Shown here piece by piece: positions 1 through 8,839 of a stretch of 33,943 bases of DNA. The position numbers and the translations under genes were made by a program. This DNA is from Bacteriovoracaceae bacterium (GTDB lineage: Bacteria > Bdellovibrionota > Bacteriovoracia > Bacteriovoracales > Bacteriovoracaceae). Location: positions 1 through 33,943 of the forward strand of contig JBFGZE010000024.1 of the NCBI GenBank assembly GCA_041586955.1, given 5' to 3'. Every line of letters begins with the position of its first letter. The first letter of the stretch is position 1. The notes beneath the pieces are model-generated. The model saw only the letters and a list, made by a program, of their open reading frames with translations. It was not told where the DNA came from and made no database searches.

Positions 1-168
1 CATAGCTTATTCAGCTTCAACATCAGCGATTGTACGATCTAGTTACATCAGGCTTAACCCGTTTAAAAAACGATTTGGGACCTTTCTCATCTTTTTCTAA
101 CCCGAAGGCCAGAAATATTGTTCTCTATTAGAATGTCAAATATCCTATTCACAACTGCATATTATGCA
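1..168 (-). other. rRNA-spacer-like sequence downstream of tRNA-Ala, possibly leading into a 23S rRNA 5' end at the window edge
   Basis: boxA-like GATATTTGACA (144-134); 9-bp cUUCGg hairpin (115-94); last minus-strand bases GAATAAGCTATG resemble 23S 5' starts. The 23S itself is not visible. Confidence 0.4.
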
Positions 169-244
169 TGGTGGAGATGACAGGAGTTGAACCTGCGACC
201 CCCTGCGTGCAAAGCAGGTGCTCTCCCAACTGAGCTACACCCCC
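169..244 (-). tRNA. tRNA-Ala (anticodon UGC)
   Basis: Minus strand reads GGGGGTGTAGCTCAGTTGGGAGAGCACCTGCTTTGCACGCAGGGGGTCGCAGGTTCAACTCCTGTCATCTCCACCA: 76 nt, cloverleaf, anticodon arm CCTGC-TTTGCAC-GCAGG, G3:U70 Ala identity pair, encoded CCA. Confidence 0.98.
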
Positions 245-267
245 GTAGTTGTTTCAAGGTGAAGCTG

Positions 268-338
268 AAAATAGATGGATAAGGGTCCGATGTCAACACT
301 ATTTTTTCTTTTTTTTATTTTTTTTTTATTTTTTTTTG
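268..338 (-). promoter_or_regulatory. sigma70 stable-RNA-type promoter with A-tract UP element
   Basis: TTGACA (296-291), 17-nt spacer, TATTTT (273-268), preceded by ~38 nt of A-tracts (338-301); lies ~24 nt upstream of the tRNA. Confidence 0.75.
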
Positions 339-387
339 TAGCGATGAAAAATTACTCATTCCAAGCTATTTTTATATATAGTATTTA

Positions 388-420
388 CCAAAAAAAAGCC
401 CCTGATAGAGGGGCTTTTGG
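388..420 (-). terminator. Intrinsic terminator closing the oxidase operon
   Basis: Minus strand AAAAGCCCCT-CTATC-AGGGGCTTTTTTTT: GC stem plus U-tract, just after the last minus-strand ORF. Confidence 0.85.
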
Positions 421-444
421 TCATATTAAATGTTTTTACTTGTT

Positions 445-612
445 TTACTTGCCACTTCTTTTACCATCTTTGATGTAGATAAAAGATTTTAAACTAATCA
501 TGGCAATAATTAGAAAAATAATTAATCCAACTGTGGACATGGAAAACTGATCCTCTGTCGCCGCAGGCTTAACTTTATCCGTAACAATCGATGATGGTTT
601 TGAATTTTCCAT
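445..612 (-). CDS. Small single-TM protein (55 aa), last gene of the oxidase operon; not in the ORF track
   Basis: Translated by hand: MENSKPSSIVTDKVKPAATEDQFSMSTVGLIIFLIIAMISLKSFIYIKDGKRSGK. Purine-rich GGGGAAGG upstream, 12 nt after the subunit IV stop, ends before the terminator. Confidence 0.75.
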   Translation of the reverse strand: MENSKPSSIVTDKVKPAATEDQFSMSTVGLIIFLIIAMISLKSFIYIKDGKRSGK

Positions 613-624
613 TATACCTTCCCC

Positions 625-909
625 TTATCTGTAGATTGACTCTAAAATAACAACGACTGCGTAAATACCCGCACTAACAGGTATCGCTGCAATGAACTTT
701 AGCCAGCGTGTTTCCTCTTTTAGGTGCATATAGAAATAAGCAACCGTACAGGCCTTTCCAATAGCGAGAAAGGTCAGCGCACTGCCTTTCGCAATCTTAC
801 TCAGGCTTTCGGCCTCTGGAATGTATATTTCGATAATCGTTAAAATAGTTAAAAGTATAAAAACGGCAAAGTATTCTTTCTTGTGGCTTTTGTGAGCATG
901 GGCTTCCAT
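625..909 (-). CDS. ctaF: Cytochrome c oxidase subunit IV (prokaryotic COX4/CtaF family)
   Basis: His-rich N-terminus, 3 TM helices, LTIIE and K..VAYFYMHLKEE motifs; operon context. Confidence 0.85.
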   Translation of the reverse strand: MEAHAHKSHKKEYFAVFILLTILTIIEIYIPEAESLSKIAKGSALTFLAIGKACTVAYFYMHLKEETRWLKFIAAIPVSAGIYAVVVILESIYR

Positions 910-919
910 ACAAACTCCC

Positions 920-1612
920 CTAATTAATTTTATGTCTATTTACTAAAATTCCTAAATCAATCATTAACTTATTAATCGAATTTTTATCCGTGGAATAATA
1001 ACCCCGAATCATTCCCGTTTTATCAACAAGAACTAGTTTTTCGGAGTGTACAATATCGATTAAATCGACTTCCTCATTATCAACGAGTTTTTGAATGGGT
1101 TCTTTCCCCCCCATTGCTAACTTAAAGCCATTAACCACCAAATCATATATTTTTTGATGATCCCCGGTAACAAATTTCCAAACAAAAGGATTGGCCTTCA
1201 AGTCCCTCGCAAATTTATTAAGCACCTTGGGAGTGTCTGTTTCGGGGTCAACTGTAAAAGTCACCAGAGCAACTTTCGTTCCCAATCCACGAACTCTTTT
1301 TTGCACCTTTTGAACTTTTTCCATTAGGCCCGGGCAAGATGTTGGACAAGATGTAAACATGAAGCTAGCAAGATAAAACTTGCCCTTCAGCTCATCTGAA
1401 CCAAAAGGCTTATTAAATTCATCAACGAAACGAAAATGGGGAACCTGAAAGTAATTGGGGAGTTCTGGTGGCAATTCTCTATTCATCGAACGATAAATAG
1501 GAAATCCAAATGTGAATACGAAAAAAATAAGCCAAAACGATTTTTTGCGAACAACATTTTCAATAAAATTATAATTGCGAACAAATGTCGTCGCGCTAGT
1601 TGGTTGACTCAT
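920..1612 (-). CDS. sco: SCO1/SenC family copper chaperone
   Basis: N-terminal TM, FTSCPTSCP (CxxxC), TVDPETD, distal His in IVHSEKLVLVDKTG. Confidence 0.93.
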   Translation of the reverse strand: MSQPTSATTFVRNYNFIENVVRKKSFWLIFFVFTFGFPIYRSMNRELPPELPNYFQVPHFRFVDEFNKPFGSDELKGKFYLASFMFTSCPTSCPGLMEKVQKVQKRVRGLGTKVALVTFTVDPETDTPKVLNKFARDLKANPFVWKFVTGDHQKIYDLVVNGFKLAMGGKEPIQKLVDNEEVDLIDIVHSEKLVLVDKTGMIRGYYSTDKNSINKLMIDLGILVNRHKIN

Positions 1613-1613
1613 C

Positions 1614-2495
1614 TTACTTCAAACTCTCCATTAACTTTTTCCTTTTAGGCGTATCTTTCATTTCCATTAAGTGTTTAACGTAATAGGCGACGGCCCACAC
1701 ATCATCATCTTCAATTGTGTCTTTCCATGCTGGCATGGCAGTTCCACCAGCTCCTGCAGCAATTCTGATTGCCAAATCATTAATATTTTGAGCTGAACGA
1801 ACTTTATGCCAAGTAAAGTCCGGTGGTAAGGTGACATAGCCATGATCACTGTCTTGAAGCTTAATTTTAAAATAATCTTCATCTACGTCGTCAGCTGTTT
1901 CCTTTGTCAGTCTCATTGTCATTTCTTTAAGCTCAGTGTTTGAAACATAACCTCTGTGACAACTCTGGCATTGAGCGACAACATGGTAAACTTCTCGACC
2001 TCGTTTAATTGCCGCCTCTTTATGAGCAAGACCAAAAGGATCTTTTCCTAATGTCATCTTCTCACCAAGCTTTTTGTCTTTACCGACCCATGTTTTAGGA
2101 GCGAAAGTTTTAATATATTGCCAAACAGCTTCCATCTGGCCGGGCTTTAAATCCCAAGGCAACATTGCTGTTCCATCGAGTCCTTCTTTTAAAGTTTTAT
2201 AGACGGCCTCATCGTGAGTTAAATCACCAGAGGTCACATCGCCAAATTTTATCAAGCCTAGTGTAAAATTCCGCGGTGGAACGGGTAAACCTTTTGCTGC
2301 GACACCATTACCATCACCTTTGACGCCATGGCAGGGCATGCAATATTCCATATAAATCTGATGCCCTTTATTGAGGGTTTCTGCACTCACGTACTGACCC
2401 CCGGCCATAATGACACCCTCGCGAAAATTACCTTCTTGGCAGCCAAAAAGTAGTACCTGGCATAAGACAAAAATAAGAACTGACATTCTATTCAT
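1614..2495 (-). CDS. Diheme cytochrome c, probable lipoprotein
   Basis: CMPCH and CQSCH with distal Met motifs AMLPW and AMPAW; signal peptide ending LLFG-C. Start placed at ATG 2495 behind GAGGA. Confidence 0.88.
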   Translation of the reverse strand: MNRMSVLIFVLCQVLLFGCQEGNFREGVIMAGGQYVSAETLNKGHQIYMEYCMPCHGVKGDGNGVAAKGLPVPPRNFTLGLIKFGDVTSGDLTHDEAVYKTLKEGLDGTAMLPWDLKPGQMEAVWQYIKTFAPKTWVGKDKKLGEKMTLGKDPFGLAHKEAAIKRGREVYHVVAQCQSCHRGYVSNTELKEMTMRLTKETADDVDEDYFKIKLQDSDHGYVTLPPDFTWHKVRSAQNINDLAIRIAAGAGGTAMPAWKDTIEDDDVWAVAYYVKHLMEMKDTPKRKKLMESLK

Positions 2496-2507
2496 ATTAA
2501 TCCTCAA

Positions 2508-3083
2508 TTAAATCAAAAATATAGTAACAAACATTATTAACCAAATGACGCCTAAGAAATGGAGAAAGCTTCCAACATTTTTCCCCGTTAGAGTATCCAA
2601 CTCTTTGGCCCCCTTAAAAATCATTCTAAAATCAACCCATAAAAGACTGATTAGGGCCATCACCATATGAGCAGCATGTATCCATGTGAACCCATAAATG
2701 ATCGATCCAAAAATACCGGTATTCGCAAAAATACCCAATTCTTTCAAATCACTCCAAAGAGTAAACTGTGTTCCCAAAAAGAGAGCGCAAAAAAGTGTTG
2801 AAAGATGCATTAATAATTGCGAATAAGCTTTATTTTTTTGAGACAAAAAATAACACAATGACGAAAGACCAACACAAATCGTGCTTACAAAGGGGCCGGC
2901 CAAGGGTAAGGCCTGCAGATTAGTTGGTGGCCAATCTGTAGCAGTTAAACGAAAAACTGCATAACCCAAAAATAAAGTCGCAAATAACATTGAAAAAGAG
3001 ACAAAAAGAAAGACCATCGCCACCTTATTAGCTTGGGCCCTTCCTTGCTCATTTTTTAAGTCATTTGCTGTCATTGTCGTCAT
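2508..3083 (-). CDS. ctaE: Cytochrome c oxidase subunit III-like protein (short 5-TM paralogue 1)
   Basis: TWIHAAHM and FLHFLGVIW correspond to subunit III TGxHGxHV and YWHFVDxVW; directly downstream of subunit I. Confidence 0.85.
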   Translation of the reverse strand: MTTMTANDLKNEQGRAQANKVAMVFLFVSFSMLFATLFLGYAVFRLTATDWPPTNLQALPLAGPFVSTICVGLSSLCYFLSQKNKAYSQLLMHLSTLFCALFLGTQFTLWSDLKELGIFANTGIFGSIIYGFTWIHAAHMVMALISLLWVDFRMIFKGAKELDTLTGKNVGSFLHFLGVIWLIMFVTIFLI

Positions 3084-3096
3084 TACGCCAAAAACC

Positions 3097-4824
3097 CTAT
3101 GCTAGTTCTTCAGTTTGAAATTGAAAGTCTTTTCCTGCTGGTAAATTAGGATTCCCATACTCATGAGGTCCACATTTTACGACAGGGATTTCTTTAAAGT
3201 TATAATGAGGTGCAGGAGATGGGATTTCCCATTCTAATGTTCCAACTTCCCATGGGTTATCACTGGCCTTTTCTTTCTTGAAGAAAACGGCGTGAACAAA
3301 GTTAACGACAAAGATAATTTGAGCTAAGCCCATAATAATTGCAGACCAAGTAATAAACATATTCATTGGAATTAGTTTTTCTAAGAAGTCATAAACAAAA
3401 GGGTTATAAAGTCTTCTATGCATTCCAGCATAACCAACAAGCATCATGCCAAAAAAGACACCATTAAGACCCATCATGGTAATCCAAAAGTGAACCTTGG
3501 CCCAAAACTCATTCATCAGTGTTCCAAACATCTTTGGCATCCAAAAATAAATGGCCGCAAATCCCCCTAAGAGAACTGATGCCGCCATAGTGTAATGAAA
3601 ATGTCCTACAACAAAATAAGTATCATGGAGATAAAGATCCGTTGTTACAGTCCCAAGATAAAGACCAGTTAAGCCTCCAAGACCGAAAACAAAAACCACG
3701 CCCATGGAAAAAAGCATAGGGGAATGAAGTCTAATAGAACCTTTCCATAAAGTTCCCAACCAATTCGCAAAAAAGATGGCCGATGGAATGGAAATAGTCA
3801 TCGTCAAGGTCATAAAGGTCTGCGTTAAAAGCGGACTCATTTGCGTTGTAAACATATGATGACCGTAAACCAAAGTCGAAAGAATTGTAATTGACGTCAT
3901 TGATAAGGCAGTGGCCTTAGCACCAAAGGCAGGCTTTCTCGCAAAAAAGCTCAATAAATCAGAAACAATACCCCAGGCCGGTAGGATCAAAATATAAACT
4001 TCTGGGTGACCGAAAATCCAAAAAACGTGCTGAAATAGAACCGGATCTCCCGAGCCACTGGTGGCGGCTGCTCCAGCGAGGAAAAATGTTGTTCCAAACA
4101 CACGATCAAAAACAAGAAGTAAAACACCTGCACCCAATACTGGAAGAAAGATCGCGTTCAAGACCGCTGTTAAACCAAGACCCCAAACAGTTAAGGGCAT
4201 ATCAAAATATCCCATACCAGGAGCTCGAAGAGTTATAATAGTGGTAATATAATTAACCGCGCCCATCGTCGAACTGATACCGAGAACAAAAATTGCCATT
4301 GACCAAAGTGTCTGACCAACACCCGGGCTACCGATTAAGGTACTAAGGGTTGGATAAGAGGTCCATCCTCCAGCAGCTGCACCAAGTGGGGTAAAAAGCG
4401 AGGCCATAAGAAAAAGGCCCGAGACCACGGCAAGGTGAAAAGACAGCATATTCAACAAAGGAAATGCCATATCTCTCGCACCAATCATCAATGGAATACA
4501 GAAATTACCAAAGGCCCCTATTAAAATAGGAGTAATGGCATAAAAGATCATAATTGTTCCATGCATTGTGAAAAGCATGGCGTATGTATCCGGTGGGACG
4601 GCCCCTCCAGTCTCAGGAAATAGGAAAGATCCAAACATGGGAAACGGCTGTCCAGGGTAAGCTAATGTCCAACGAATCATTAGCGCCATTAGGCCACCAA
4701 TTAAAAGAAATAAAATTCCGTACCACAAAAACTGCTTACCAATCACCTTATGATCATAGGAGAAAATATACTTTGATAAAAAGGTGGTGGGCTTTGGATG
4801 GATATGCTGCTCAAAAAAAGCCAT
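3097..4824 (-). CDS. ctaD: Heme-copper oxidase subunit I, A1 type (K-channel Lys absent)
   Basis: DHKVIG, TMHG, GWTSYP, FGHPEVY, GHHMF, HDTYFVVGHFHY, GMHRR: all six His ligands and the cross-link Tyr are present. Confidence 0.97.
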   Translation of the reverse strand: MAFFEQHIHPKPTTFLSKYIFSYDHKVIGKQFLWYGILFLLIGGLMALMIRWTLAYPGQPFPMFGSFLFPETGGAVPPDTYAMLFTMHGTIMIFYAITPILIGAFGNFCIPLMIGARDMAFPLLNMLSFHLAVVSGLFLMASLFTPLGAAAGGWTSYPTLSTLIGSPGVGQTLWSMAIFVLGISSTMGAVNYITTIITLRAPGMGYFDMPLTVWGLGLTAVLNAIFLPVLGAGVLLLVFDRVFGTTFFLAGAAATSGSGDPVLFQHVFWIFGHPEVYILILPAWGIVSDLLSFFARKPAFGAKATALSMTSITILSTLVYGHHMFTTQMSPLLTQTFMTLTMTISIPSAIFFANWLGTLWKGSIRLHSPMLFSMGVVFVFGLGGLTGLYLGTVTTDLYLHDTYFVVGHFHYTMAASVLLGGFAAIYFWMPKMFGTLMNEFWAKVHFWITMMGLNGVFFGMMLVGYAGMHRRLYNPFVYDFLEKLIPMNMFITWSAIIMGLAQIIFVVNFVHAVFFKKEKASDNPWEVGTLEWEIPSPAPHYNFKEIPVVKCGPHEYGNPNLPAGKDFQFQTEELA

Positions 4825-4855
4825 TTGACTCTCCTAAATTAAATTGAAACCTAAA

Positions 4856-5620
4856 TTATTGCCACTTCCAACCCCAAAAGAGGTCAGCTTTTTCAACGTC
4901 GTTTTCCGTTTTGGCGATCTGCTGAGCAGTATTAAGCCATTGCTGGTACTCTTCTTGGGTATAGACAGTTAGTTTTGCTTGCATTCTGTAATGATAGGTC
5001 CCGCACATTTCAGCGCAGGCAATATCATAGACGCCAGGGGTTTTAAGCTTGTACCATAAGCGAGTAATACGCCCAGGAATAGCATCGACTTTCCGACGAG
5101 CATTTGGAAAATAAAGTGAGTGAATTACATCTTTTGAAATAATTTGAAAAACTACTTTTTTACCAACTGGAACTCTAAGGTCGTTAACAGTTGTTATGTC
5201 ATCATCTGTATTAAAAACACCATCTTGACCTGCATAACGAAAGTTCCACATCCATTGCTGGCCTAAAACCTCAACTCGGACAATGTCCTCATCCTCAGAA
5301 GGCCAGTTAATGAAAACATTTGTGAAGTCATCGTTGGACATTCTGGTGATATTCATATCGATACCAACAAAAACAGCAATACCTATAATTGTAGCGACAA
5401 GAATATGAGTCTTTTTATTGCCATAGGTATAATACGGCCTAGGATGTCTTTTATGATGATAAAGAATGGCAAAACCAAAAAGGCCCAAACATACCAAAAT
5501 AAAGAAAAATACATTCAAAGTAGTGGTGTAATTAAACAACCAATCAATCAAATGGCCATTCTCAGAAATATCCTGTGGCGGGGTTAAACTATTTAAAAAA
5601 TCGGTAATCATTTGCATCAT
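4856..5620 (-). CDS. ctaC: Cytochrome c oxidase subunit II (CuA, no fused cytochrome c)
   Basis: Two TM helices, QQWMW, DVIHS, CAEMCGTYHYRM CuA motif; no CxxCH. Confidence 0.96.
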   Translation of the reverse strand: MMQMITDFLNSLTPPQDISENGHLIDWLFNYTTTLNVFFFILVCLGLFGFAILYHHKRHPRPYYTYGNKKTHILVATIIGIAVFVGIDMNITRMSNDDFTNVFINWPSEDEDIVRVEVLGQQWMWNFRYAGQDGVFNTDDDITTVNDLRVPVGKKVVFQIISKDVIHSLYFPNARRKVDAIPGRITRLWYKLKTPGVYDIACAEMCGTYHYRMQAKLTVYTQEEYQQWLNTAQQIAKTENDVEKADLFWGWKWQ

Positions 5621-5737
5621 AACGCCGTCCTATTATTTAACAGACCTCAAGCAATTCGGGTTAACATTAGAATTTAAATTATTCTAACTTTAAAGATAAA
5701 GTTTTGCTACTTTTCTAATATTTCTGGGATTAAAAGT

Positions 5738-7591
5738 CTATTTTAAAAATGCCATGGCACCCAATAATAAGGGTAAATAAAAAATAGAGCCGAGAAAATA
5801 AATACGCGCCCAACTTCTTTGCGCCGCTCCCTTCACCGGATAAATAAAACCCACTGCAGCAATTAGAGTAAAAATTCCGCCCATAACAAAGGCGGCTTTA
5901 GCGTAGGCGGGGCCAGCAAAACCATAGAAAAAAGGTAAAATTGAAATACCGAGCATTAAAAAAGTAAACCAAAAGATCAGACTACGTGTCATATTCAAAC
6001 CTTTGAGGTTTGGAAAAACCTTAATACTGGCCTTGCCGTAATCTTCAGCATGATAAATTGAAATTGCTAGAAAATGAGGTAATTGCCATATAAAAAGCAC
6101 TAAAAATAGAATCCATGCCATGGGATCTATATGGCCAGTCACTGCTGTCCATCCCATTACCGGAGGAATCGCACCCGGAATTGCCCCTACAATTACGGCA
6201 AGTTCGGTTTTTTGCTTCATTGGTGTGTAGAAAAAGAGATAGAGGATAGTCGCTAAACAGGCCAATAGGCATGTTAATGGATTAATAAAGATAGCGAGAA
6301 TTGGTAAACTCACACATAAAAGAAAGCAACCAAAAAAGAGCGCCATACCAGGATCAATACGGCCAGCGGGAAGAGCGCGATTTTTTGTTCTATCCATTAA
6401 AAGGTCAACATCCCTTTCTAGATAACAATTCAATACAGCGGCTCCATAGACAACCAATAGGCAGGAAATGATCGCAAACGCACCCTTAAAAAAACCTATT
6501 TCACCTGGCGCGATAAACATTCCAATAAAAATTGTTGCGACCACCAAGCCGGATAACTTCGGTTTGGTAAGTTCTACGAGGTCTTCTAAGGTTGAATAAA
6601 TTTTATTCGGGAAAACTTCGCTTTCTAAACGGCCAATGAATAAAGATAAAGACCATAAGGTTCCCAGTATTAATGCTGCACCACCGAGATGAAGGGTTGT
6701 CGGCATCGGGCTAAGATTATAGGCCACAGTAAAGAAACCTAAACAAACCTGTGCAAAAATAACAATAATCCCAAACGTTCCATGAAATATAATATTTTTA
6801 AAAACAGAACTGCCAATTAGGTTTTTTCGAGTAATCGAAAAAATAATCGCTCGAAGAAGAGATAGTAAAACAATAATACCTAAACCGACGCCGATATAAC
6901 GGTGAAGCATATGGAGCTGGGCAATTGGCATTGCCGGCCAAAAGCTTTTAATCCAGGTATTTGTATCAAGACAGAGAAAGGCATTATCCCAGCCAAGGCC
7001 GCAGGAGACACCAGCGCCACTATGGCGCATAAAGGCCCCGAGGATAATCTGGATATAAATTAAGAAAGAAGAAATTTGGAGAGCGTTCTTAGTCCCTGTT
7101 GACCAACCCTTTTGCAAAGCAGGGATATCTTCTAATTCCAGAGGGTTCTCGCTCTTTTCCACTAGGAAGCGGGCCTCATGGAAAATAAGAATTAAGGTAC
7201 AGAAAAATATCATCGACAGGGCCAGGTGAGACGTCGAAACAATTGTTGGCAAACGATAGATGACAGTTATCCCGCCCAGTAAACCTTGTAGAATAACAAA
7301 GAAAAGCGCCAATAATGTAAGTTTTGAAAAATGAGAATGCTTTTCGCTTTTCTTTCTAAGCCGAAAGGCCATTGCTGCCATTATGAGCGTCAGAAGGCCG
7401 ACAAAGGAGGCCAGTAAGCGGTGACCGTGCTCAATCAAAATGCCGCCTTCCATTTTAGGAAAAAACTGACCGTAACATAAAGGCCAGTCAGGGCAAGCTA
7501 GAGATGAGCCCGTATTATGCACGACCCCTCCCAGCAATAAGAGGAGAAAGGTAGTGAGTAATGTTAACAAAGATAGTCGTCTATACAGCAT
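5738..7591 (-). CDS. ctaA-ctaB: Heme A synthase / heme O synthase (protoheme IX farnesyltransferase) fusion
   Basis: N-half has CPDWPLC, EHGHR, HLALS, HMLHR, HLGGA (CtaA/COX15). C-half has ELTKP, NCYLERDVDLLMDRTKNRALPAG, WQLPHF (CtaB/COX10). One continuous frame; start placed at ATG 7591. Confidence 0.95.
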   Translation of the reverse strand: MLYRRLSLLTLLTTFLLLLLGGVVHNTGSSLACPDWPLCYGQFFPKMEGGILIEHGHRLLASFVGLLTLIMAAMAFRLRKKSEKHSHFSKLTLLALFFVILQGLLGGITVIYRLPTIVSTSHLALSMIFFCTLILIFHEARFLVEKSENPLELEDIPALQKGWSTGTKNALQISSFLIYIQIILGAFMRHSGAGVSCGLGWDNAFLCLDTNTWIKSFWPAMPIAQLHMLHRYIGVGLGIIVLLSLLRAIIFSITRKNLIGSSVFKNIIFHGTFGIIVIFAQVCLGFFTVAYNLSPMPTTLHLGGAALILGTLWSLSLFIGRLESEVFPNKIYSTLEDLVELTKPKLSGLVVATIFIGMFIAPGEIGFFKGAFAIISCLLVVYGAAVLNCYLERDVDLLMDRTKNRALPAGRIDPGMALFFGCFLLCVSLPILAIFINPLTCLLACLATILYLFFYTPMKQKTELAVIVGAIPGAIPPVMGWTAVTGHIDPMAWILFLVLFIWQLPHFLAISIYHAEDYGKASIKVFPNLKGLNMTRSLIFWFTFLMLGISILPFFYGFAGPAYAKAAFVMGGIFTLIAAVGFIYPVKGAAQRSWARIYFLGSIFYLPLLLGAMAFLK

Positions 7592-7621
7592 AAAATTCTT
7601 ATATTTGAAAATTTTTGATTT

Positions 7622-7650
7622 CTTATACACAGTTGGCCAGGATTCGACAA
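7622..7650 (-). promoter_or_regulatory. Possible sigma70 promoter for ctaA-ctaB
   Basis: TTGTCG (7650-7645), 17-nt spacer, TATAAG (7627-7622), ~30 nt upstream of ATG 7591. Confidence 0.35.
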
Positions 7651-7740
7651 TCAATCTAGTGATAATTTCTTATGGACAAGTGGCCATAAAAATTCGTTAA
7701 TGAGGTGGCCTTAAATCACTATTTTGACAATGAGAGCATT

Positions 7741-8829
7741 ATGAAAAATAAAATAAAACCTATTTACTATGGCGATTATTTAAAATTAAATCAACTGCTT
7801 GACTCACAACACCCAGTGTCACCATCATACGACAACCCGTGTCATGACGAGATGCTATTTATCGTTATTCACCAAGTTTATGAGCTATGGTTTAAACAAA
7901 TAATTCATGAAATTAAATTTATTCAAAGTATTTTATCCCAAAAGCCAGTGCAGGACTCTCAATTATCAGAAATTGACCAAAAATTGGAAAGGATCAAGAA
8001 AATTCAATTTGTTCTTAATAACCAAATTGAAATTTTGGAAACAATGTCTCCTATGGACTTTCTCGAATTTAGAGATTATTTAGTCCCAGCTTCCGGCTTC
8101 CAAAGCGTGCAATTCCGTGAAGTAGAAATTAGATTAGGACTCTCCACTCATAATAGACATCAAATCGATCGCGAATATTTTCTTGGCCGCCTTAATGCCA
8201 AGGATAGGGACCATATCGAAGAAGTAGAAAAAACCCCCTCTCTCTTTTCTTTGCTATCTGACTGGCTAGAAAGAATGCCCTTTACGTATAAAGGAGAATT
8301 TGATTTTTGGAAAGAATATCAATTGAGTGTTGAGAAAATGCTAGATGAAGACAGGAGTACTATCGTCAATAACCTAGCGAATCTTTCCGAAAGGGAAAAA
8401 GAAATTCAATTTGAAAATTTAAAAATTACTCGTCAAACCTTTGATAGCTTATTTGATGTGAAGCTACATCAAGAAGAAGTTAATAAGGGTGAGCGCAAAC
8501 TCGGTCAAAAGGCCTTATTAAACGCTTTATTTATTTGTTTATACAGAGATTATCCTCTCATGGCCCTTCCTTATAAAATTATCACACACCTTATTGATAT
8601 TGATGAGCAGTTTTCCTCTTGGCGCTACCGTCATGCCATGTTGGCCCATCGAATGCTCGGTACTAAAATTGGAACGGGTGGCTCATCAGGGCATCAATAT
8701 CTCAAGCAAACAGCTGAAAAAAATCGCATTTTTGTCGATTTCTTTAATATTTCTACATTTATTATTCCAAGATCAAAACTTCCTCCATTACCAGATAAGC
8801 TAAAATCACAATTAAGCTTTTTCTATTAG
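7741..8829 (+). CDS. kynA: Tryptophan 2,3-dioxygenase (long form)
   Basis: YGDYLKLNQLL, HDEMLFIVIHQVYELWFKQ, PASGFQSVQFR, WRYRH...RMLG.KIGTGGSSG. Start placed at ATG 7741. Confidence 0.96.
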   Translation: MKNKIKPIYYGDYLKLNQLLDSQHPVSPSYDNPCHDEMLFIVIHQVYELWFKQIIHEIKFIQSILSQKPVQDSQLSEIDQKLERIKKIQFVLNNQIEILETMSPMDFLEFRDYLVPASGFQSVQFREVEIRLGLSTHNRHQIDREYFLGRLNAKDRDHIEEVEKTPSLFSLLSDWLERMPFTYKGEFDFWKEYQLSVEKMLDEDRSTIVNNLANLSEREKEIQFENLKITRQTFDSLFDVKLHQEEVNKGERKLGQKALLNALFICLYRDYPLMALPYKIITHLIDIDEQFSSWRYRHAMLAHRMLGTKIGTGGSSGHQYLKQTAEKNRIFVDFFNISTFIIPRSKLPPLPDKLKSQLSFFY

Positions 8830-8839
8830 GGGGTGTCTT

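Noticed and set aside
169..244. tRNA as integration site of a genomic island
   Set aside because: No integrase, no noticed duplicate of the tRNA 3' end, and flanking genes look like core functions.
275..478. 67-aa Phe-rich plus-strand ORF
   Set aside because: Its hydrophobicity comes from the T-tracts of the tRNA promoter UP element; it also spans the terminator.
3097..4824. Nitric oxide reductase or B/C-family oxidase as explanation for the missing Lys
   Set aside because: GHPEVY with Glu and Tyr, an intact D-channel, CuA subunit II, subunits III/IV and heme A synthase all indicate family A1.
7592..7740. FNR/Crp-type site in the ctaA-ctaB/kynA divergent region
   Set aside because: Only isolated half-sites (TTGAT, ATCAA) without correct TTGAT-N4-ATCAA spacing.
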